64,000 nucleotides of DNA from an uncultured Methylomirabilota bacterium (GCA_963845565.1 CAWJSJ010000002.1:1920001-1984000), one strand, 5' to 3'; positions 40,152 through 49,743 are shown, numbered from the stretch's first letter. The notes: a model not told the origin generated them from the letters alone. Numbers and translations are program-made.

Positions 40152-40751
40152 ATGCTGCGTACTCGATGCTTCCTCGGCCTTTCCGTATTGTCGGCGCTGG
40201 CGCTGAGCGGCTGTGCAACCCTGCCGACGGGCCCCAGCGTGATGGTGCTGCCGGCGGCGGGGAAGCCGTTCGAGGTGTTCCAGGCCGACAACTCGCTCTG
40301 CCGGCAGTGGGCGGGGCAGCAAATCGGTCTGTCGCCCCAGGAAACCGTCAATCAAAACACGGCGGCCGGAGCGGTCCTCGGGACGGTCATCGGGGCCGGT
40401 CTTGGAGCGGCGATCGGCGCCGCGTCCGGGAACCCAGGCCTCGGTGCGGCCATCGGGGCCGGGAGCGGCCTGCTGGGCGGCACGGCGGTCGGCGCCAACG
40501 CCGGTCAGGCCTACGGATGGGACGCCCAGCGGCGGTACGATATCGCGTATCAGCAATGCATGTACGCGAAAGGGAACCAGATTCCTGGAGCGGTGCAGCA
40601 GAATCGACGGACCTCCGCATTGCCGCCGCCCCCTCCGCCCCCGCCCGGCGATCGTCCGGCGCCGCCCGGCCCTCCGCAATCCCTCCCGCCCCCGCCGCCC
40701 CCTCCGCCGGGGAACGCCCCGCTTCCGGTTCCTCCGCCACCGCAGCAGTAA
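40152..40751 (+). CDS. Glycine-zipper lipoprotein
   Basis: LSGC lipobox, PTGPSVMVLP, glycine zipper, QRRYDIAYQQCMYAKGN. Confidence 0.88.
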   Translation: MLRTRCFLGLSVLSALALSGCATLPTGPSVMVLPAAGKPFEVFQADNSLCRQWAGQQIGLSPQETVNQNTAAGAVLGTVIGAGLGAAIGAASGNPGLGAAIGAGSGLLGGTAVGANAGQAYGWDAQRRYDIAYQQCMYAKGNQIPGAVQQNRRTSALPPPPPPPPGDRPAPPGPPQSLPPPPPPPPGNAPLPVPPPPQQ

Positions 40752-40871
40752 CCGCGCGCGGTGTGCTCCTCGTCGGCCGCCCGTGCGCTGGGGTTTTCGC
40801 TCGAACGCACCCAGACCGCATGTTATAGTTCAACCGGTCGCGCGCTGCAATCCGCGACGGGAGAAACGCAG

Positions 40872-41462
40872 GTGACGGCGAAATCCAGGCGGCTCCTCGG
40901 GCTTGCTGGCCTGTTCATGGCGGTGGGCATGGTCGGCGTCGCCGTCATGTTCGCCGTGACCTGGCCGCACAACGCGGTGGGGGTGTATCTCCACGAGCGG
41001 CAGAATCGAACGGCGAATATCCGTGCCCTGGAGTGGCGGATCGCGCGGGAGACGGATGCGCTCGAGCGGGCATTTTATCAGGCCTGGCTGGCCGAGGAGA
41101 AGGGTGACCCGGAGGAGGCCATCCGAGGTTTTCAGTCGTTGCGGGACGACGCCAGGTCCGGCACCGCGCTCCACCTGAAGAGCGCGCTCCGACTTGGGCT
41201 GGCCTACGGGGGGAACCGCCAACCGGATCAGGAACTGGCAACCTACCAGAGCCTGATGAAGCGGCACCCGGGGCCGAGTCGGTTGAGCCAGGCGACGTAC
41301 CATCTCCGGCGGGGCGAGCGCGAGCAGGCTCGCCGGTTGCTGGATGATGCGCTGGCGCGAGACGAGGCCGACGGCAGCCTGGGGGCGGATCGGTCGTTCG
41401 CCCAGCATCTGCGGTCCGGACTTGGTCCTCAGGCCGGCGGGGTGCCGGCCGCGTCCCCCTGA
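40872..41462 (+). CDS. Hypothetical TPR-like membrane-anchored protein
   Basis: N-terminal TM helix; TPR-like helices. Confidence 0.6.
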   Translation: MTAKSRRLLGLAGLFMAVGMVGVAVMFAVTWPHNAVGVYLHERQNRTANIRALEWRIARETDALERAFYQAWLAEEKGDPEEAIRGFQSLRDDARSGTALHLKSALRLGLAYGGNRQPDQELATYQSLMKRHPGPSRLSQATYHLRRGEREQARRLLDDALARDEADGSLGADRSFAQHLRSGLGPQAGGVPAASP

Positions 41463-41500
41463 GAACATGGGCGTACCGAGAGGATTCAGGGCAGGCTCCC

Positions 41501-41854
41501 ATGTATTGTCCGGCGTGCGAAAGCGAACACGTTGCAGGGATCCAGCACTGTCCGGTGTGCGACGTGGCACTGGTCGCGGAACCGATCCGCCAGGACACCG
41601 GCGTACCCGAGGACGAGTCCATCGTCACCGCCGTCGAGGTGTGGAATCCCGCGGAGGCGGAGATCGTCTGCTCGCTCCTGCGCGGCCACGGAATTCCCTG
41701 TCTGCTCAAGGCCGAGAACCAGTACGCGGTGGACGCGACGTACACTGTGGGGCCGCTGGCGCGCCGGTGCATCCTGGTACGGGCCAGCGACCTGGACCGC
41801 GCCCGGGAGATCCTGCAGGCCGCGCCACTCCCCGACCTTCCGCTCGAAGGCTGA
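41501..41854 (+). CDS. DUF2007 domain protein with zinc ribbon
   Basis: CPAC..CPVC; EAEIVCSLLRGHGI; ILVRASDLDRAREIL. Confidence 0.82.
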   Translation: MYCPACESEHVAGIQHCPVCDVALVAEPIRQDTGVPEDESIVTAVEVWNPAEAEIVCSLLRGHGIPCLLKAENQYAVDATYTVGPLARRCILVRASDLDRAREILQAAPLPDLPLEG

Positions 41855-41918
41855 GGCCGCGTTCCGTGCGACGGCATGACCACAGAGGGCGCTGCGGCCG
41901 GCGCGGCGTTTCGCACGT

Positions 41919-44174
41919 ATGAGTCCGACCACTCCCGCGTTCCAGCAGAACGTCGTCCTCTTCGGGCACGACCCGAGCCCCCGGCTGGTGGCCTTCGAGT
42001 TGGAGGGGGAGGATCGGGTCCGGGTGTTCGCGCGCGGCGAAGACGGACGGACAACGTCCGACCTCAGGGTGTTCCGCCCCTTCCTTCTCGCGGCCAGCAC
42101 GGATCTGCTGGCGGGTTGGGGGGGCGGGTACGAGGTTGAGCCGCTCGAGGGGGACGGCCTCTACCGATTCCTGATCCTCTTTCACGGCTGGAGCGATGCG
42201 CTGAAAGCCAAGGCCCACCTCCAGAAGAGCGTCGGCCGGATGCAGACGGCGCCGGACGCCCCCTTCCTCTTCATCGGGGACCCGATCCAGCAGTACCTGA
42301 TGCGCTCTGGGCAAAGCCAGTTCCGGGATCTTTCCTTCGGCGCGCTGCGCCGGTTGCAGTTCGACATCGAGACCTATTGCGCCGGCGACTACGACTTCCC
42401 CAGCGCGGCCCGGGCCGCGGACCGGATCATCGCCATCGCCCTCGCCGACAGCACGGGATGGGAGCACGTGATCTCCGGGCAGGCGCTCGCCGAGCCGGAG
42501 ATGCTGCGGGAGTTCGTGCGGATCGTCCGGGATCGCGACCCGGACGTCATCGAGGGGCACAACCTCTTCCGGTTCGATCTGGAATACATCGAGGCCCGTG
42601 CGCGTCGCCACAAGGTGTCGTTGACGCTCGGGCGGGGCGGAGAGCCGCTCCGCGGCCACGCGTCCCGGATGCAGGTTGCCGAGCGGGCCATCGCCTACCG
42701 GAAATACGAGATCGTCGGCCGTCATATCCTCGACACCTGGATCCTGGCACAGCACTACGATGTGACCGCGCGGGAGCTGGAAGGCTATGGCCTGAAGGAG
42801 ATCGCACGCCATTTCGGCGTGGCGGCGCCCGACCGGACCTACCTTCGGGCCGACAAGATCTCGGCCATCTTCGACGCCGAGCCGGAGACCGTGTTGCGCT
42901 ACGCCCTGGACGACGTGCGCGAAGTGCGGGCCCTGAGCGCGATCCTCAGCCAGAGTTACTTCGTCCAGGCCCAGATCTTTCCCTTTTCCTACCAGAATGT
43001 CACCCTGCGGGGGACCGCCACCCGGATCGACGGACTGCTGATCCGCGAGTACCTGCGGCAGCGGCGGGCGATTCCCGCCCCCGAACCGGCCCGGGAGGTG
43101 CTGGGCGGCCACACCGAGATCGCGTTCCAGGGGGTCGCGCACCGGGTCCTGCACTGCGACGTGACCTCCCTCTACCCGTCGGTGATGCTCGCCTTCGGGT
43201 ACGTTCCTCGGCGGGACAGCCTGGGCGTGTTCCCGGCGCTCCTCCGCGACCTCCGGGCCTTCCGGGTGGAGGCCAAGCGTCTTGCCCGGACGGCGGAGAC
43301 GGACGAGACTCGGGCGCACTATGAGGCCCTCCAGACGACCTTCAAGATCCTGATCAACTCGTTCTACGGCTACCTCGGCTTCCCCATGGGCCACTTCAAC
43401 GACTACACGGCGGCCAACCAGGTGACGGCCAAGGGGCGGGAGCTGATCCAGGCGGTGATGGCCTGGCTCCGGGCCCGGGGGGCCCTGGTGATCGAGGTGG
43501 ATACCGACGGGCTGTATTTCGTTGCCCCCGACGACGTCCGATCGGTCGAGGACGAGGAGCGCTTGCTCGCCGAACTGGCGGCGATCCTTCCCGAGGGGAT
43601 CGCGCTGGAGATGGACGGCCGCTTCCAGGCCATGTTCAGTTACAAGATGAAAAATTACGCGCTCCTCGACCACGCCGGCCGCCTGGCGATCACCGGGTCG
43701 GGGCTGAGATCGCGAGGGCTGGAACTGTTCCAGCGAGAGTGGATGGGGGAGATGTTCCGCCACCTGCTGCGGGGCGAGCCGCAGAAAATCCGAGAGTTGA
43801 CGCGGCGGTACGCCGAGGGCTTCGAGCGGCACACGTTCGATGTCCGGACCTTCATGAAGACGGAGACGCTGCAAGATTCCCTCGACACCTACCGGGACAA
43901 GGTCAAGGACAGCCGCCGAAACCCGGCCGCGGCCTACGAGCTGGCGCTCCGATCGGAGCGCGCCTATCAGCCCGGGGATCAGGTGTCCTATTACGTGACC
44001 GGGACCTCGAAGCGGGTCAAGGTGCACGAAGCGGCCAAATTAGCCTCCCAGTGGGATCCGAACGCCCCGGACGAGAACGTCGAGTACTACAAGGCCAAGC
44101 TGGTCGAGTTGGAGGCGAAGTTCCGGCCCTTCTTCGAGCGGGTGCCGGTGGGGCCCGGAGTCGACTCGGCATGA
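41919..44174 (+). CDS. polB: Family B DNA polymerase with 3'-5' exonuclease domain
   Basis: FDIET, GHNLFRFD, YALDD, DVTSLYPS, KILINSFYGY, DTDG. Confidence 0.92.
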   Translation: MSPTTPAFQQNVVLFGHDPSPRLVAFELEGEDRVRVFARGEDGRTTSDLRVFRPFLLAASTDLLAGWGGGYEVEPLEGDGLYRFLILFHGWSDALKAKAHLQKSVGRMQTAPDAPFLFIGDPIQQYLMRSGQSQFRDLSFGALRRLQFDIETYCAGDYDFPSAARAADRIIAIALADSTGWEHVISGQALAEPEMLREFVRIVRDRDPDVIEGHNLFRFDLEYIEARARRHKVSLTLGRGGEPLRGHASRMQVAERAIAYRKYEIVGRHILDTWILAQHYDVTARELEGYGLKEIARHFGVAAPDRTYLRADKISAIFDAEPETVLRYALDDVREVRALSAILSQSYFVQAQIFPFSYQNVTLRGTATRIDGLLIREYLRQRRAIPAPEPAREVLGGHTEIAFQGVAHRVLHCDVTSLYPSVMLAFGYVPRRDSLGVFPALLRDLRAFRVEAKRLARTAETDETRAHYEALQTTFKILINSFYGYLGFPMGHFNDYTAANQVTAKGRELIQAVMAWLRARGALVIEVDTDGLYFVAPDDVRSVEDEERLLAELAAILPEGIALEMDGRFQAMFSYKMKNYALLDHAGRLAITGSGLRSRGLELFQREWMGEMFRHLLRGEPQKIRELTRRYAEGFERHTFDVRTFMKTETLQDSLDTYRDKVKDSRRNPAAAYELALRSERAYQPGDQVSYYVTGTSKRVKVHEAAKLASQWDPNAPDENVEYYKAKLVELEAKFRPFFERVPVGPGVDSA

Positions 44175-44581
44175 GGGTGCTGCTCGAGGTGGAGAATCTC
44201 CAGCACAACCTGGCGGTGATCCGCCACATCTGCGACCGGGTCGCGGTCATGTACCTGGGCCGCATCGTGGAGATGGCGCCGGTCGAGGCCCTCTTCGAAA
44301 CGCCGAAACATCCCTACACCGAGGCCCTGCTCAGCGCCGTGCCGACACTGGAGACCGAGGCGCGTCGCGAGGAGATCATCCTGGACGGAGACGTGCCGAG
44401 CCCGCTGCGGGTGCCGTCGGGCTGCCGATTCCACCCCCGATGTCACCGCCGGTTAGGCGAGATCTGTCTCCGCCTTGTCCCGGCGCTGTCCGGCGTCGGA
44501 AACGGGCACGACGCGGCGTGCCACATCCACACACCGCCCGCGGGCGACGGCTCGGCGGGGCCGCTGACCCAGTCGACGTGA
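44171..44581 (+). pseudogene. Internally deleted oligopeptide ABC ATPase (OppF-like)
   Basis: MRVLLEVENLQ joined directly to HNLAVIRHICDRVAVMYLG; HPYT, GCRFHPRC. Confidence 0.85.
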
Positions 44582-44606
44582 ATCCCAACCGGAGGAAAGG
44601 ACAGCC

Positions 44607-45779
44607 ATGACCGCACGGTGCGAGGCGATCACGCGGTGGCTCCAGGCGCATGACGCGGAGGCGATTGCGTTCCTGGAGGCGCTGGTCAACCAGGATAGCG
44701 GGACGTACGACCGGGCGGCCGTGAACCGGGTGGCGGACCAACTGGCTCGGGTCTACGCCGACCTCGGGTTTGCGGTGGAGCGGTTCCCGCAGGCGGAATT
44801 CGGCGACCACCTCCTCGCCTCGCGGCCAGGTACGGCACCGGCCCGGTCTCTCCTCTGCATCGGCCACATGGACACCGTCTTTCCGGCGGGCACGGCGGCC
44901 GCCCGCCCCTTCCGGATCGACGGAGCGCGCGCCACCGGTCCGGGCGTGGTGGACATGAAGGGCGGCCTCACGACGCTCATCTTTGCCCTGCGCGCCCTGG
45001 CGGCAACCGACTCTCCGGCGTTCCGGGAGATGGGCTGTGCGGTGCTGATCAATTCGGACGAGGAAATCGGCTCCCCCACCTCGCGGCAGATGTTTCTGGA
45101 CCTGGCGCATCGCCATCACGCCGCCATCGTTTTGGAGCCGGCGCGGCCGAATGGCGAGTGCGTCATCGGGCGCAAGGGCGTGGGGCACTTCCAATTTGAG
45201 GTCTGCGGACGGCAGGCACATGCCGGCTCCCAGCCGGAGCTGGGGATCAACGCCATCTGGGAACTGGCCCACAAGGTCTGCGCCTTACAGGCCCTCACCG
45301 ATCTCGAGCGTGGCACCACCATCAACGTCGGGGCCATCCGCGGCGGCGAGCGCTCGAATGTGGTTCCCGACCGCGCCTCGGCTGACGTCGATCTACGCGT
45401 TCGGAGCAGCGAGGAGGCCGACCGCGTCGTGCAGGAGTTTCGCGAGATCGCTGCGCGCTCCACGGTCCACGGCGCGACCTGTACGCTGCAGGGGGAGATT
45501 TCCAATCCCCCCTGGCAGACCAACCCGGGGACGCGCCACATGCTGGCGATCCTGAACCAAGCGGCCGCGCCGCTGGGGCTCACCATCGAAGGGGTCACCA
45601 CCGGCGGGGGTTCGGACGGCAGCCGGACCGCGCAGGTCATTCCGACCCTGGATGGCCTGGGACCGGTGGGAAGCAAGGCGCACAGCCCGGAGGAGTACCT
45701 GGAAGTTGCCAGCCTGCGACAGCGTGCGGCGCTCCTGGCACTCTTCATGGAAACGTGGTATGAACGATTTCAGCCGTAG
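44607..45779 (+). CDS. M20 metallopeptidase (glutamate carboxypeptidase-like)
   Basis: GHMDTV, GVVDMKGG, SDEEIGS, GGGSDG, AHSPEE. Confidence 0.92.
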   Translation: MTARCEAITRWLQAHDAEAIAFLEALVNQDSGTYDRAAVNRVADQLARVYADLGFAVERFPQAEFGDHLLASRPGTAPARSLLCIGHMDTVFPAGTAAARPFRIDGARATGPGVVDMKGGLTTLIFALRALAATDSPAFREMGCAVLINSDEEIGSPTSRQMFLDLAHRHHAAIVLEPARPNGECVIGRKGVGHFQFEVCGRQAHAGSQPELGINAIWELAHKVCALQALTDLERGTTINVGAIRGGERSNVVPDRASADVDLRVRSSEEADRVVQEFREIAARSTVHGATCTLQGEISNPPWQTNPGTRHMLAILNQAAAPLGLTIEGVTTGGGSDGSRTAQVIPTLDGLGPVGSKAHSPEEYLEVASLRQRAALLALFMETWYERFQP

Positions 45780-45917
45780 GGGCGCGCTGTCCAAAGGGTG
45801 TACGAATGACTGATGACCGCTGGCAAACGACCCTTGGGAACGCAAACCATCGGCCGTTGCGCTTGGGTCATTGGTTGCTGACATGGCGGGTGCCGGAGCG
45901 TCTCCGGCAGGGAATTC

Positions 45918-46811
45918 ATGCCACAGTTTGAGACCTATTTCCCGGAAACGCTGGACGAGGTGGCCGCCTTGCTGCTTGCGGCGGACGGGCGGCCGCACCC
46001 TCGCGTCCGGGGCGCGACGCTGTGTGCGCAGACGGAGGACGGTGGGGGTTCGGCGTCGATCCTGGTGGACCTCGCGCGTGTGCCGGAGATGAACCGGCTC
46101 GAATACGACGAGCGCAACGGTTTGGTCGTCGGCACCGCCGTTCTCGCGACGGAGCCCCTCGGCTTCCCACCGGTCCAGGACGCCTACGCCATCTTGGCCG
46201 ACGGACTGGGCGCGGTCGTTCCCGAGGACGCGCGGCCGGACGTCACGCTGGGCGAGTTGCTGGACGAATGGCCCCCGGCGGCGAACCTGCTGGTCCCGCT
46301 GATCTGTCTGGGGGCATCCGTCGCGATCTTCGGCCCCCACGGCTGGTCGGAGATGACGGTAGAGGCACTGTGCGCGAAGCGACGTGGCACGGCGCTACAC
46401 CACGGGGAATTCCTGGTCGGCGTCCGGCTCCCCGCCCCGTTTCCGCGCTCCGGCGGCGCCTACCTCCGGTCGGCATCGGCGGGAACCGACGGCGGGGCAG
46501 CCGGCGTCGGTGCGTTCCTCCTCATGGAAGACGACCGCGTGACCTGCTGCGGCGCCCGCGTGACGGTGTGGGACGCAACCGCCGCACCCCAGCGGGCCCT
46601 CGAGGCGGAGCGGTTCCTGCGGGGAAAGCGCCTCGGCGACGCCGAGACAGCGAGTGCCGGCGAGCTCGTTCCGGCGAGTGGCGGGCCGCCGCCGCGTCGC
46701 TCTGGGTGTGCGGCAGTGCGGCGGGACGGGCTGGCGGCGCTCGCCGGCCAGGTCATCCGGCTCGCCTTCGGCCGCGCGCAAGACGCGCCCGGCCAGGGCG
46801 GTCGAGGATGA
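45918..46811 (+). CDS. Degenerate xanthine/CO dehydrogenase FAD-binding (medium) subunit
   Basis: FETYFPETLDE, LVDLARVPE, GEFLVGVRLP, RALEAERFL; canonical AGGT and TIGGN motifs altered. Confidence 0.7.
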   Translation: MPQFETYFPETLDEVAALLLAADGRPHPRVRGATLCAQTEDGGGSASILVDLARVPEMNRLEYDERNGLVVGTAVLATEPLGFPPVQDAYAILADGLGAVVPEDARPDVTLGELLDEWPPAANLLVPLICLGASVAIFGPHGWSEMTVEALCAKRRGTALHHGEFLVGVRLPAPFPRSGGAYLRSASAGTDGGAAGVGAFLLMEDDRVTCCGARVTVWDATAAPQRALEAERFLRGKRLGDAETASAGELVPASGGPPPRRSGCAAVRRDGLAALAGQVIRLAFGRAQDAPGQGGRG

Positions 46812-46844
46812 GCGTGCGTGTCACGCCGCTCTGCGAGGTGGGGG

Positions 46845-47576
46845 ATGGACATTGACGGCAAGGTCGCGCTGGTGACCGGTGCCGCGAAGCGCGTGGGCCG
46901 GAGCATTGCGCTGGCCCTGGCGGAGCGCGGCGCCGAGCTGGTCGTCCATTACCACGGGTCCGAACGCGAGGCGCACGACGTCCTGGCTCGGGCCAAGCAG
47001 TTGGGGGGAAAGCCGGTGGCGGCACGCGCCGATCTGTCGAGATCTGCGGAGATCGATGCGCTGGTGGAAACCGCCGTGCGTGCCTTCGGTCGGATCGACA
47101 TCCTGGTGAACAGCGCCGCCATCTTCTATCGGACGCCGATCGCAACCCTGACGGAGGCGGACTGGGATCGGTTTCTGACCGTGAATCTCAAGGCGCCATT
47201 CCTGCTGTGCCGCCGGGCGGGAGAGTTGATGTCTCGGCAGGGCTCCGGAAAGATCGTCAACGTGGCGGACATCGCGGGGACCAAGGTCTGGGCGGAGTAC
47301 ATCCCGTATTCGGTGTCGAAGGCGGGGCTTCTCGCCCTCACGACGGGGCTGGCCAAGGCGCTGGCCCCGGCGGTTCAGGTGAACGCCATCGCACCCGGAA
47401 CGGTGCTGTTGCCGGACGGCAGTTCCGCCGAGGAGCGGGTGCGGGCGCTGGCACGGGTCCCGCTGCAGCGGCTGGGTTCGCCCGAGGATATCGCCCGCGC
47501 GGCCGTCTATCTCATCCAGAGCGACTTCGTTACCGGCGAGGTGCTGACGGTGGACGGCGGGCAGCGCCTGGTGTGA
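46845..47576 (+). CDS. SDR, pteridine reductase-like
   Basis: TGAAKRVG, NSAAIF, YSVSK, VNAIAPG. Confidence 0.88.
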   Translation: MDIDGKVALVTGAAKRVGRSIALALAERGAELVVHYHGSEREAHDVLARAKQLGGKPVAARADLSRSAEIDALVETAVRAFGRIDILVNSAAIFYRTPIATLTEADWDRFLTVNLKAPFLLCRRAGELMSRQGSGKIVNVADIAGTKVWAEYIPYSVSKAGLLALTTGLAKALAPAVQVNAIAPGTVLLPDGSSAEERVRALARVPLQRLGSPEDIARAAVYLIQSDFVTGEVLTVDGGQRLV

Positions 47577-47690
47577 GGGCCGGACCTCGGTGTGCAACGC
47601 GGCGACGCATTGGCGAGGGCGGGTTGCCGTGGTCGCGTGACGGCCGCGTGGGCGACTATCGGTGGCAGGACGACCGGAAAAGGAGAGACC

Positions 47691-47963
47691 ATGTTTGGAT
47701 TGGGCATGCCGGAGCTCATCATCATCCTGGTGATCGGCCTGCTCGTCTTCGGCGCCGGGCGGTTGCCGGAGATCGGCAGCTCTCTCGGCAAGGCGATCAA
47801 GGGATTCAAGGAGGCCTCGGACAAGCGGGAGCCGGAACCCCCGGCGCCCACAGGGGAGGCGGGCGGCGCCACGTCACCCACCTGTCCGCAATGCGGGCAT
47901 GCGGTGACCGCCGACGCGGCGTTTTGCGCGGGCTGCGGAAAGAAGCTGTCCGAGAAGGGATGA
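47691..47963 (+). CDS. tatA: TatA/E subunit with C-terminal zinc ribbon
   Basis: [42 protein letters not shown]. Confidence 0.9.
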   Translation: MFGLGMPELIIILVIGLLVFGAGRLPEIGSSLGKAIKGFKEASDKREPEPPAPTGEAGGATSPTCPQCGHAVTADAAFCAGCGKKLSEKG

Positions 47964-47983
47964 GGCGACCCGGCCGGAAAACG

Positions 47984-48014
47984 AAAGGCCCCCGGGACAT
48001 CCCGGGGGCCTTTT
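47984..48014. terminator. Bidirectional intrinsic terminator
   Basis: AAAGGCCCCCGGGA-CA-TCCCGGGGGCCTTTT between convergent tatA and csp. Confidence 0.85.
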
Positions 48015-48034
48015 GGTCATGGCGACGCGTTCGA

Positions 48035-48241
48035 CTAGGCGGCCCGAGTAACGTTGGCGGCCTGCAGGCCCTTGGGGCCTTGGACCACGTCGAACTCAAC
48101 AGCCTGCCCTTCATTCAGGGTCTTGAAGCCATCAGCCTGAATGGCGGAATAGTGCACGAACACATCCTCACCGTCAGGTCGCTCGATGAAACCAAAGCCC
48201 TTCGCATCGTTGAACCACTTCACAGTTCCTTTGCTACGCAA
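48035..48241 (-). CDS. Cold-shock protein
   Basis: [32 protein letters not shown] start. Confidence 0.95.
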   Translation of the reverse strand: MRSKGTVKWFNDAKGFGFIERPDGEDVFVHYSAIQADGFKTLNEGQAVEFDVVQGPKGLQAANVTRAA

Positions 48242-48391
48242 CTGACAACACCTCCTTCCCTGCTTGCGCTACGGCGCCCCGCATCGGGGCGCACCCTCTC
48301 ATAAAAACAAAAAACCGCAGGAGCGGCGTCTGCTCCTACGGTCCTTCCCTGCGGAAATAACCAATCTGGATGCTGACTACCGACGGTCGGG

Positions 48392-48420
48392 AGGATAGCC
48401 TGCGACCCCGCACCTGTCAA
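48392..48420 (-). promoter_or_regulatory. sigma70 promoter of csp
   Basis: Minus strand TTGACA-17-TATCCT. Confidence 0.7.
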
Positions 48421-48499
48421 GGACTATTATTGCGGCAAGCCGGGAGGTCTCGCCTCGGCATCCCGTCGCGCCGGCGGCCTTGGTCCCGCCGGACCCTCC

Positions 48500-48528
48500 T
48501 TGACGGGCCCCGGGGGGTCTGATACCGT
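48500..48528 (+). promoter_or_regulatory. Putative sigma70 promoter of trxB
   Basis: TTGACG-17-TACCGT with TG extension. Confidence 0.5.
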
Positions 48529-48616
48529 CTGGGCTCGTCGGGCGTGCGATGCGTCGGCGACGGAGTGGCGTCGAGGCCGAGAGTTCCTACGGTTGTCAAG
48601 CTCACGGAGGGTCTTC

Positions 48617-49546
48617 ATGCGTGACGTCATCATTCTGGGGTCCGGACCGGCGGGGTTGACGGCGGCGGTGTATGCGGCCCGGGCGCACCTCGCGCCCCTG
48701 ATTGTGGACGGGCACGAGCCCGGTGGGCAGCTCACGCTGACGACCATGGTGGAGAATTTTCCGGGCTTTCCGGAGGGATTGCTGGGCCCTGACCTCATCC
48801 GGGCGATGCGCCAGCAGGCCGAACGGTTCGGGGCGGAGTTTCGCCAGGGGGCGGTTGCTGCCGCGGATCTCAGCCGGCGTCCGTTCCGGATCACCATCAA
48901 CGGGACGGTGGAGGAGTGCCGGGCGCTCATCATCGCGACCGGGGCGTCGGCGAAGATGCTGGGGCTTCCCTCGGAGCGTCAACTGGTCGGACACGGGGTG
49001 TCCACTTGCGCCACTTGCGACGGATTCTTCTTCCAGGATCAGGAGGTCATGGTCGTCGGCGGCGGCGACTCGGCGCTGGAGGAGGCGTTGTTCCTGACCA
49101 AGTTCGCGAAGCGAGTGACCCTGATCCATCGGCGGGACAAACTGCGCGCATCGAAGATCATGCAGGAGAAGGCCTTCGCAAATCCGAAGATCGCGTTTCT
49201 CTGGGATTCTGCTCCCGAGGAGATCCTGGATGTCATGCAGCAGAAAGTGACCGCGGTGCGGGTGCGTCATCTCAAGACCGGCGCCGTGACGGAGCGGGCG
49301 GTCGACGGGATCTTCGTCGCCATCGGGCACACCCCGAACACCGCCGTCTTTCAGGGACTCCTCGAGATGGACGCCGTCGGCTATCTCAAGACCCACGACG
49401 GAACCAAGACCAGCGTCCCCGGGGTGTTCGCCGCCGGAGACGTGCAGGACCATGTCTACCGCCAGGCGATCACCGCCGCCGGTTCCGGCTGTATGGCCGC
49501 CATCGACGCGGAGCGCTTCCTCGAGCACGGAGGCAGTGGCGACTAG
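48617..49546 (+). CDS. trxB: Thioredoxin reductase
   Basis: GSGPAG, CATCDG, GGGDSA, HRRD, GDVQD. Confidence 0.96.
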   Translation: MRDVIILGSGPAGLTAAVYAARAHLAPLIVDGHEPGGQLTLTTMVENFPGFPEGLLGPDLIRAMRQQAERFGAEFRQGAVAAADLSRRPFRITINGTVEECRALIIATGASAKMLGLPSERQLVGHGVSTCATCDGFFFQDQEVMVVGGGDSALEEALFLTKFAKRVTLIHRRDKLRASKIMQEKAFANPKIAFLWDSAPEEILDVMQQKVTAVRVRHLKTGAVTERAVDGIFVAIGHTPNTAVFQGLLEMDAVGYLKTHDGTKTSVPGVFAAGDVQDHVYRQAITAAGSGCMAAIDAERFLEHGGSGD

Positions 49547-49626
49547 GCAACCAGGCGATCTGGAATTTCGGAACGGCGCCCTGGCGTTCTCCAATTGCCG
49601 GGTCGCCCAATTGCCCATGTGCCGGA

Positions 49627-49731
49627 TTAGGAGCCGTTACGAAATGACTTGTCATTTTTTTCAATTTCGTTACGGCTCCTTATGCCGTTTCCGGAATTTC
49701 TCCGGTCAAGTTATTCTTTGACAACGGCTTA
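49627..49731 (+). mobile_element. ~105-bp MITE-like element, copy 3
   Basis: Matches 27331-27436 with a variable loop. Confidence 0.8.
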
Positions 49732-49743
49732 TTGGTTTTCGCG

